NCBI GenBank assembly: GCA_024709425.1
Contig: JANJWS010000074.1
Location: 3,970-67,969 of the forward strand
Length of the DNA stretch: 64,000 bases
Source of the DNA: Thiobacillus sp.
GTDB lineage: Bacteria > Pseudomonadota > Gammaproteobacteria > Burkholderiales > Thiobacillaceae
Direction of reading: 5' to 3'
Part shown: positions 56,630 through 64,000 of the stretch, in pieces
Position numbering within the stretch: position 1 is the first letter of the stretch
How the letters are laid out: each line of letters opens with the position of its first letter
Translations under genes and position numbers: made by a program
Notes under the pieces: generated by a model
Told to the model about the DNA's origin: nothing
The model's database searches: none
What the model saw: the letters and a program-made list of their open reading frames with translations, nothing else

Positions 56630-56953
56630 TTACTTGGTAAAGCCGCAGAACACGTCGCGCATCATGCCCAGCAGCTTCAACGTGCGGGTGTCGCCGACGC
56701 GGTAGTAGACACGGTTGGCGTCCTTGCGCGTTCGCAGCACGCCTTTGTCGCGCAGGATCGCGAGGTGCTGCGAGATGTTGCTCTGCGATGTGCCGACATG
56801 GTCGACGATGTCCTGCACGCTCACTTCCTTGTCGCCCAGCACGCACAGGATCTTCAGGCGCAGCGGGTGCGACATCGCCTTCATCGCGCGCGATGCCTGC
56901 TCGATGTGCTCGTCCTTGTCCAACAGGTCGACCTGGTCCCAATCCGCTGCCAT
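56630..56953 (-). CDS. ArsR/SmtB-family regulator, BigR/SqrR/YgaV-like two-Cys type
   Basis: KAMSHPLRLKILC, SQSNISQHL, VYY, C-terminal DVFCG; RBS GAGGT. Confidence 0.88.
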   Translation of the reverse strand: MAADWDQVDLLDKDEHIEQASRAMKAMSHPLRLKILCVLGDKEVSVQDIVDHVGTSQSNISQHLAILRDKGVLRTRKDANRVYYRVGDTRTLKLLGMMRDVFCGFTK

Positions 56954-57117
56954 ATTCATTACCTCGATCCTTTTCCTGGTGTACCCTTGAACGCTTGGGC
57001 TCCGGCGCGTGCTGGCGCCCCCGCCACGGTACCCTGGCGGGAGGGGTCTATAGATTAGCAATCGCGCATATATTAAAATATTTCCACAAGAACGAGTCGG
57101 GTTATTTAAATTTTTTC

Positions 57118-58656
57118 ATGAAGAACGTGCCGGTTCTCCTTATCATTCTCGATGGCTTTGGTTGCCGCGCCGAGCGCGCCGACAATGCCATCGCGCAGGC
57201 CAACAAGCCCAATTTCGATCGCCTGTGGAAGGAGTGCCCTCACACCGAAATCCACGCCTCCGAATCGGAAGTCGGCCTGCCCAAGGGCCAAATGGGCAAT
57301 TCCGAGGTGGGTCACCTCAACATCGGTGCGGGTCGTGTGGTTTACCAGGAGTTCACCCGCATTGACCGAGCCATCGAGTCCGGCTATTTCTACACCAACC
57401 CGGCACTCCTGAATGCGGTGCATCTGGCGCGCGATCACGACAAGACGCTGCACATCCTGGGCCTGCTGTCGGACGGTGGGGTGCACAGCCACGAATCGCA
57501 CTTCCACGCCATGCTGGACCTCGCGGTGCGCGAGAAGCTGCACAAGGTCTGCGTGCATGTCTTCCTCGATGGCCGCGACACGCCACCGAAGAGCGCCGAG
57601 ATCTATCTGCGCCGGCTCACCGCGAAGATCGAGCAGGCTGGCGTCGGCCATATTGCGTCGATGATCGGCCGCTACTATGCGATGGACCGCGATCGCCGCT
57701 GGCAGCGCGTGAAGTCCGCCTACGACCTGCTTACCCAGGGTCGAACCGAATTCTGGGCGGACACTCCGATCGCCGGGCTGGAAGCCGCGTACGCGCGCGG
57801 CGAAACTGACGAGTTCGTCCGGGCCACCGCCATCCTGCCGCCAGACGGCAAGCCGGTAAAAATGGAAGATGGCGATGCCGTGGTGTTCCTGAATTTTCGT
57901 TCCGACCGCGCCCGCCAGTTGTCGCGCCCGTTCATCGAGCCGGATTTTGGCGAGTTCGAGCGTGAGGTCACCCCGAGGCTTTCCACCTACTGCACGCTCA
58001 CCGGCTACAGCGACGACTTCGACGTTTCGGTGGCCTTTCCGCCCGAGCGCATCAAGAACGGGCTGGGTGAATACGTCGCCAATCTCGGCTTGCGCCAACT
58101 GCGCATCGCCGAGACGGAGAAATATCCGCACGTCACTTTCTTTTTCAATGGGGGCGAGGAAGTGTCGTTTCCGGGTGAGGACCGGGTGCTGGTGTCTTCG
58201 CCGGATGTCGCTACCTACGACCTCAAGCCCGAAATGAGCGCATTCGAGGTGACCGACAAGCTGCTTGCCGCCATCGACAGCAAGCAGTACGACCTCATCA
58301 TCTGCAACTACGCCAACCCCGACATGGTCGGGCACACCGGCGATCTTGCCGCTGCCATCAAGGCGATCGAAACCGTCGACATCTGTCTGGGCAAGGTGGT
58401 CGCAGCGCAGCGTGCGCGGGGGGGCGAAGTGCTGGTCACCGCCGACCATGGCAACGCCGAACTGATGCGCGACGCCGTCACTGGCCAGCCGTATACGGCG
58501 CACACCATGAACCTGGTACCCCTCGTTTATATAGGCCGCCGTGCCAGCCTTGCGCACACCGGTGCGCTTGAGGACATCAGTCCAACCCTGCTCGAGATGA
58601 TGGGGCTGCCGAAGCCGCCGGAGATGACCGGACAGTCGCTGGTCCATTTCGAGTAG
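57118..58656 (+). CDS. gpmI: 2,3-bisphosphoglycerate-independent phosphoglycerate mutase
   Basis: ILDGFG, MGNSEVGH, DGRDT, AETEKYPHVT, DMVGH, TADHGN. Confidence 0.97.
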   Translation: MKNVPVLLIILDGFGCRAERADNAIAQANKPNFDRLWKECPHTEIHASESEVGLPKGQMGNSEVGHLNIGAGRVVYQEFTRIDRAIESGYFYTNPALLNAVHLARDHDKTLHILGLLSDGGVHSHESHFHAMLDLAVREKLHKVCVHVFLDGRDTPPKSAEIYLRRLTAKIEQAGVGHIASMIGRYYAMDRDRRWQRVKSAYDLLTQGRTEFWADTPIAGLEAAYARGETDEFVRATAILPPDGKPVKMEDGDAVVFLNFRSDRARQLSRPFIEPDFGEFEREVTPRLSTYCTLTGYSDDFDVSVAFPPERIKNGLGEYVANLGLRQLRIAETEKYPHVTFFFNGGEEVSFPGEDRVLVSSPDVATYDLKPEMSAFEVTDKLLAAIDSKQYDLIICNYANPDMVGHTGDLAAAIKAIETVDICLGKVVAAQRARGGEVLVTADHGNAELMRDAVTGQPYTAHTMNLVPLVYIGRRASLAHTGALEDISPTLLEMMGLPKPPEMTGQSLVHFE

Positions 58657-58686
58657 GCCGGGCATTCGTGCGGTAAGCTCGACAGG

Positions 58687-59934
58687 GTGAACGCCAGACA
58701 TCTTCTTGTCCTTGTCGCGCTGCTGCTTCCGCTCGTGGCTGCGGCCAACCCGGTTGCCGGCAAGCAATCCGAGCTCGACGCCCTCAAGCGCCGGCTCAAC
58801 ACCCTGCAGCAGGAAGTGCGCAGCACCGAGGCGACGCGCAAGGAGGCCGCCGACGAATTGCGGATTTCCGAACGTGCGATCAGCGACGCCGTGCGTGCCC
58901 TGCGCGAACTCGATGGTGCCCGCGAACAGGCCAGCGGCGAGCTCGAAGGCCTCAATCGTCAGATGGAGGCAACCCAGGCGCGCGTGCGTCAGCTGCATAC
59001 CCAACTTTCGAGGGGTTTGCGGGCCGCCCACCATCGCGGCGAGGCGGATGCCTTGCGCCTGCTGCTGAATGGCGTCGACCCCAACCAGACCGCACGGGAA
59101 CTGCGCTACCTCGCGCATCTCTCACGGGCTCAGCACGCGCAGGTGGGGGCTCTGCGCGCTGAGCTCGCCACGCTCACCCGGTTGCGCCAGGAAGCCGAAC
59201 AGAAGAACACCCGGCTCATGCAGCTGCGTGCCGCGCAGGAGGCGGAGCAGAAGCGCCTGCACACCGAGCGGACCGCGCGCGAGCAGGTGCTTGCCAAGCT
59301 CTCCGCACAGATCCGCCAGCAGCGCCGGGAGATCAGTACCCTGCAGCGGGACGAGCGCAATCTCACCCAGCTGGTCGAACGCCTCAGCCGCCTGATGGCG
59401 CAGCAGGCGGCGCGCGAGGCGGCCCGCGCACGCGCCGCGAAGGAGGCGGCACAAAAGAAAACGCAGTCAGCGCGAAGCGAGGGGACGCGTCGACCGTTGG
59501 CCGTGAATACCGAAACCCCCGAGGCATTTCGGGCCGATCGTCCGTTTTCCCAGTTGAAGGGCAGGCTGCGCCTGCCGGTGCCCGGGGAACTCATGAATCG
59601 CTTTGGCGCTCCGAGAGAAGATGGCGGCGTGAGCTGGAAGGGACTCTTCATCCGCGCAGCACAGGGCACTGCGGTCAAGGCCATCGCCGCGGGGCGGGTG
59701 GTGTTTGCCGAGTGGTTGCGTGGCTTCGGCAACCTTATCATCGTCGATCATGGCGAGGGCTACATGAGCCTGTACAGCAATAATGAAAGCCTGTATAAGC
59801 AGGTGGGCGAACGGGTCCAGCCCGGCGACGCGATTGCCACCGTGGGCAACAGCGGTGGCCAGCCGGACACCGGACTGTATTTCGAAATGCGGCACCAGAG
59901 CCGCCCGGTGAACCCCCTACAGTGGGTGAAATGA
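58687..59934 (+). CDS. envC: Murein hydrolase activator EnvC (coiled coil + degenerate M23)
   Basis: Long coiled coil; WKGLFI, YSNN and LYFE replace the Zn ligands; lies between gpmI and ctpA. Confidence 0.88.
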   Translation: MNARHLLVLVALLLPLVAAANPVAGKQSELDALKRRLNTLQQEVRSTEATRKEAADELRISERAISDAVRALRELDGAREQASGELEGLNRQMEATQARVRQLHTQLSRGLRAAHHRGEADALRLLLNGVDPNQTARELRYLAHLSRAQHAQVGALRAELATLTRLRQEAEQKNTRLMQLRAAQEAEQKRLHTERTAREQVLAKLSAQIRQQRREISTLQRDERNLTQLVERLSRLMAQQAAREAARARAAKEAAQKKTQSARSEGTRRPLAVNTETPEAFRADRPFSQLKGRLRLPVPGELMNRFGAPREDGGVSWKGLFIRAAQGTAVKAIAAGRVVFAEWLRGFGNLIIVDHGEGYMSLYSNNESLYKQVGERVQPGDAIATVGNSGGQPDTGLYFEMRHQSRPVNPLQWVK

Positions 59935-59935
59935 G

Positions 59936-61348
59936 ATGACGCAAAAAACAAAGTTCTTCCTCGTGGGACTGGCCGGTCTCGTCGCCGGCGCGGCGCTGAC
60001 GGTCAACCTCTCGGCGATCGCCAACAAGTCCGCCGAGACGGCGCTTCCGGTCGAGGAGTTGCGCGCCTTTACCGAGGTCTTCGCCCGCGTCAAGAGTGAT
60101 TACGTCGAACCGGTCGAGGACAAGAAACTCATCAACGAAGCCATCAACGGCATGCTCACCGGGCTTGATCCGCATTCGGCCTATCTTGACACCGAGGCCT
60201 TCAAGGATCTGCAGGTCGGCACCCAGGGCGAATTTGGCGGCCTGGGTATCGAGGTCGGCATGGAAGACGGCTTCGTCAAGGTGGTCGCGCCGATCGAGGA
60301 CACGCCCGCGTTCAAGGCGGGCGTCAAGGCGGGCGACCTCATCGTCAAGCTCGACGACACGCCGGTCAAGGGCATGACGCTCAACGACGCGGTCAAGCGC
60401 ATGCGTGGCAAGCCGGGCTCGTCGATCAAGCTCACCATCGCGCGCAAAAACGCCGACAAGCCGATCGTGCTCACCATCACCCGTGCTGTCATCAAGATCC
60501 GCAGCGTCAAGTCGACGATGCTCGATTCCGGCTACGGTTACGTGCGCGTCACCCAGTTCCAGGAGCATACCGGCGAACTGCTCGTCGAGGCGCTGCAGAA
60601 ACTCTACAAGGAGAACAAGGCGCCGCTGAAGGGGCTGGTCCTCGACCTGCGCAACGACCCGGGCGGTCTGTTGAATGGCGCCGTCGCCGTGAGCGCGGCG
60701 TTCATCAAGCCGGACAGCCTTGTCGTCTATACGGAGGGGCGTACCGAGGATGCCAAGATGCGACTCACCGCCAGCCGCGAGCATTACCTGCGTCCGATGC
60801 AGCTCGATTACCTGAAGAACCTGCCCGAGGGTGTCAAGGAGGTGCCGATGGTGGTGTTGGTCAACGGGGGCTCTGCCTCGGCGTCCGAGATCGTTGCGGG
60901 TGCCCTGCAGGACCACAAGCGTGCGGTCATCATGGGCACCCGCACCTTCGGCAAGGGCTCGGTGCAGACCATCCTGCCGCTCGGCAATGGCACCGCGATC
61001 AAGCTCACCACCGCGCGTTACTACACGCCCAATGGGCGGTCGATCCAGGCGAAGGGCATCGAGCCGGATATCCTGGTCGAAGATCCCGCGATGCCGGAAT
61101 CTGACGAGGGCTTTGGCATCCGCGAGGCTGACCTCGACAAACACCTCGCCAACCCCAGCGGCGATCCCTCCGAAGCGGCCCCCGCACCCAAGCCGGCCGA
61201 CACCATCAAGGCACCGCCTGCCGACAAGCCTGGCAAGGAGAAGAAGCCGGCGACGCTGGAACCGGGCGAAATCGTGTCGAAGAATGATTTTCAGGTGAAT
61301 CAGGCGCTCAACCTGCTGAAGGGCCTGCAGATCCTGCAAGGGCGCTGA
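59936..61348 (+). CDS. ctpA: Carboxyl-terminal processing protease (S41, PDZ)
   Basis: LDPHS, FGGLG, DLRNDPGG, SASASEI, GKGSVQ. Confidence 0.93.
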   Translation: MTQKTKFFLVGLAGLVAGAALTVNLSAIANKSAETALPVEELRAFTEVFARVKSDYVEPVEDKKLINEAINGMLTGLDPHSAYLDTEAFKDLQVGTQGEFGGLGIEVGMEDGFVKVVAPIEDTPAFKAGVKAGDLIVKLDDTPVKGMTLNDAVKRMRGKPGSSIKLTIARKNADKPIVLTITRAVIKIRSVKSTMLDSGYGYVRVTQFQEHTGELLVEALQKLYKENKAPLKGLVLDLRNDPGGLLNGAVAVSAAFIKPDSLVVYTEGRTEDAKMRLTASREHYLRPMQLDYLKNLPEGVKEVPMVVLVNGGSASASEIVAGALQDHKRAVIMGTRTFGKGSVQTILPLGNGTAIKLTTARYYTPNGRSIQAKGIEPDILVEDPAMPESDEGFGIREADLDKHLANPSGDPSEAAPAPKPADTIKAPPADKPGKEKKPATLEPGEIVSKNDFQVNQALNLLKGLQILQGR

Positions 61349-61349
61349 G

Positions 61350-61385
61350 CCGTGGGGGGGCAGGGATTTTCCCGCCCCGCCACGG
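61350..61385. terminator. Long imperfect hairpin after ctpA
   Basis: CCGTGGGGGGGCAGGGA-TTT-TCCCGCCCCGCCACGG. Confidence 0.4.
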
Positions 61386-61392
61386 TCGGCGC

Positions 61393-61416
61393 TATACTGA
61401 TTCGAACGCGTTCGAA
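61393..61416 (+). promoter_or_regulatory. -10-like TATACT followed by a perfect 16-bp palindrome (candidate operator)
   Basis: TATACT at 61393-61398; TTCGAACGCGTTCGAA at 61401-61416; ATG at 61427. Confidence 0.45.
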
Positions 61417-61426
61417 GGGTTGTGCC

Positions 61427-61822
61427 ATGCGCCCGTGCGACCTCGAAAAAATTCGTGAAATCGTCTTTCATGACCTCCCTGCCGGGCAGGCCGAGCGTGC
61501 GCACCTGCTGCTGCAGGGCCTGGAAGGCCTGATCGTCACACGTGGCGCCGATGGCTGTCGGCTGCTGGTGCGCTACAGCGTTTGCGAGTACACGCTCGAA
61601 GGACTCGAAACCGCGCTTGCGCAGCAGGGTTTCCACCTGGACAACAGCCTGTTGTCCAAGCTCCGGCGTGCCATGGCCTACTTCTGCGAAAATGTGCAGC
61701 GGCGCAACGTCGCCGCCAACGAGCCGGACATCAAGTCGCAGCAGGCCTTCATGAAGGTCTACGAGTCTCATCTCCACGGCGATCGCGACGACACCCCTGA
61801 AGAATGGCGCCGCTACCGATAG
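61427..61822 (+). CDS. Conserved hypothetical protein (possible degenerate HMA-like fold)
   Basis: 131-aa ORF with typical codon usage, 10 nt upstream of moeB. Confidence 0.7.
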   Translation: MRPCDLEKIREIVFHDLPAGQAERAHLLLQGLEGLIVTRGADGCRLLVRYSVCEYTLEGLETALAQQGFHLDNSLLSKLRRAMAYFCENVQRRNVAANEPDIKSQQAFMKVYESHLHGDRDDTPEEWRRYR

Positions 61823-61832
61823 CGCCACCCCC

Positions 61833-62603
61833 ATGGAACTGAACGATACCCAGCTGCTGCGCTACAGCCGCCATATCCTGCTGCCCGAAGTCGGCGTCGA
61901 CGGCCAGGCGCGCATCGCCGCTGCCCGTGTGCTCGTGGTGGGCGCGGGCGGGCTCGGATGCCCGGTGGCGCTGTATTTGGGTGCCGCCGGCATCGGCCGG
62001 CTCGTGCTCGCCGATGGCGACACCGTCGACCTCACAAACCTGCAGCGCCAGATCGGCCATGCCACCGCATCCATCGGCGTCAACAAGGCCGAATCGCTGG
62101 CCGCCAGTGTACGTGCGATCAATCCGGATATCGACGTGCACGCGATAGCGGACAAGCTCGCTGGCGAGGCGCTGCACGAGGCGGTGGCGGCGGTCGATCT
62201 GGTGGTCGACGCATGCGACAACTTCGCCACCCGTCACGCCGTCAACCGTGCTTGTGTGGTCCACAGAAAGCCGCTGGTGTCCGGGGCCGCCATCGGATTT
62301 TCCGGTCAGCTCGCGGTGTACGATCCGCGCCGCGCCGACAGCCCGTGCTATCACTGCCTGTTTCCCGACGCCTCCGGCGAACCGGAGATGCGTTGTGCCG
62401 AGGCCGGCGTGTTCGCGCCGCTGGTCGGCGTGATCGGGGCGATGCAGGCAATGGAGGCGTTGAAACTGGCCGCCGGGGTCGGCGAGACACTGACCGGGCG
62501 GCTGTTGCTATGGGACGGGCTTCACGCCGAGGCGCGCGTGATGAAAGTGCCGCGCGACCTGGCGTGCCCGGTATGCGGCCGTGCCGCCGTTCAGGCGGGG
62601 TGA
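61833..62603 (+). CDS. moeB: MoeB/ThiF-family sulfur-carrier adenylyltransferase
   Basis: RYSRHI, GAGGLG, TNLQRQ, DN...R, CYHC and CPVC Zn motifs. Confidence 0.9.
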   Translation: MELNDTQLLRYSRHILLPEVGVDGQARIAAARVLVVGAGGLGCPVALYLGAAGIGRLVLADGDTVDLTNLQRQIGHATASIGVNKAESLAASVRAINPDIDVHAIADKLAGEALHEAVAAVDLVVDACDNFATRHAVNRACVVHRKPLVSGAAIGFSGQLAVYDPRRADSPCYHCLFPDASGEPEMRCAEAGVFAPLVGVIGAMQAMEALKLAAGVGETLTGRLLLWDGLHAEARVMKVPRDLACPVCGRAAVQAG

Positions 62604-63175
62604 GCGTCGAGCAGGCGCGAGAGCAGCAGTTCGAGATCGCCGCCCGGCGCGCGCGTGAAACCGCTCTTGGCAAATTGATGCCAGCGTCCAACTACCACGC
62701 ACTGCAGCAGGTTGGCGAGTGATGCGCTCTGCTCGGCGAGGCGGTCGCCGCCCAGGCGCAGGCATTGGCGCAATTGCGCCTCGATGCGGTCGTGCAATTG
62801 GTTGATGCGCCTTTGCAGGCGCTCGTTCTCGTGCACCAGCGCATCACCGATCAGCACGCGCGTCATGCCCGGGTTTTTTGCCGCGAAATTCAACAGCATC
62901 GTCACGATCGCCTCCACCTGGGCGGCGGGCGACGGCGTTTCGGCGGTAATGCGTGCGATCAGGCCGAACAGCGTCTGCTCGATGAACTCGATGAGCCCTT
63001 CGTACATCTGGGCCTTGCTGGAAAAGTGGCGATAGAGCGCCGCTTCGGACACGCCGATGCGCGCCGCCAGCGCGGCCGTGGTGATCTTCTCGGGCTGCGG
63101 CTCCTGCAGCATGGCGGCAAGTGTTTGCAGGATCTGCAGGCGGCGTTCGCCGGTTTTTCGGGCTTCACCTTCCAT
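62591..63175 (-). CDS. slmA: Nucleoid occlusion factor SlmA (TetR family)
   Basis: ITTAALA..GVSEAALYRHF.SKAQMYEGLIEFIE, NPG.TR.L.GDAL. Confidence 0.92.
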   Translation of the reverse strand: MEGEARKTGERRLQILQTLAAMLQEPQPEKITTAALAARIGVSEAALYRHFSSKAQMYEGLIEFIEQTLFGLIARITAETPSPAAQVEAIVTMLLNFAAKNPGMTRVLIGDALVHENERLQRRINQLHDRIEAQLRQCLRLGGDRLAEQSASLANLLQCVVVGRWHQFAKSGFTRAPGGDLELLLSRLLDAHPA

Positions 63176-63429
63176 CGAGCTCTCCCTGTTCTTGTGGGCG
63201 AAGAATGTAACGTCCGGTATGCATGGCAGACCTGTAAATAACCCCCGCGCCGCTGGCCGGGGGTGTAGTGTCACGCGATTTTAACAGTCTTGCGGGCTAT
63301 CCCGTCCCGTCCATGACTTATCGGCAGATGTGGCGAAAACTACAGTCGGGATGGCCGGGCCGTGGCTGCGCGGTCGATTGCCGGGGAAGACGACGGCCCG
63401 GAGAGCAAGGCTCCAGGCCGTTCGCGGGA

Positions 63430-63506
<77 letters not shown>

Positions 63507-63508
63507 GG

Positions 63509-63539
63509 AAACGAAACGGCCCCGCGGTGGGCGGGGCCG
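63509..63539 (-). terminator. Terminator-like hairpin after rpoD
   Basis: Minus strand CGGCCCCGC-CCACC-GCGGGGCCG followed by TTTCGTTT. Confidence 0.5.
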
Positions 63540-63545
63540 GACAGT

Positions 63546-64000
<455 letters not shown>

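Noticed and set aside
58687-59934. Degenerate M23 active site as a novelty
   Set aside because: Loss of Zn ligands is the normal, known state of EnvC.
61401-61416. Palindrome as a Gram-positive-type LexA box (CGAAC-N4-GTTCG)
   Set aside because: The spacer is 2 nt, not 4, and betaproteobacterial LexA typically uses CTGT-N8-ACAG.

Overview
High-GC betaproteobacterial chromosome segment; gene content and order suggest a Thiobacillus-like organism (inference). It has three parts. (1) 1-12.3 kb holds the cell-wall/lipoate cluster mrdA-rodA-rlpA-dacA-dat-ybeD-lipB-lipA, a GAF-HD-GYP gene and a NodIJ-like ABC operon. (2) About 12.4-56.5 kb is a ~44 kb exosortase A (PEP-CTERM)-associated exopolysaccharide locus. 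Its conserved core is followed by a large accessory tailoring set: four sulfotransferases, a GT2-membrane-alkaline-phosphatase-superfamily fusion with a Thr instead of Cys nucleophile, two paralogous alpha/alpha-toroid enzymes of unknown function, a CapK-like adenylating enzyme, a formyltransferase, a Cys1-less AsnB-like ligase, two WecB paralogs, a CRTAC1/ASPIC lipoprotein and a flippase. Three sigma-54-type promoters are visible. (3) 56.6-64 kb holds an ArsR regulator, gpmI-envC-ctpA, moeB, slmA, tRNA-Ile(CAT) and the 3' end of rpoD. The best candidate for an undescribed system is a pathway for a sulfated, amide-decorated, possibly glycosaminoglycan-like surface polymer. Other oddities are a DacA with all three catalytic motifs altered and a 128-bp inverted-repeat element between nodI and nodJ. 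All family and TIGRFAM names come from motif recognition and recall; no database search was run.
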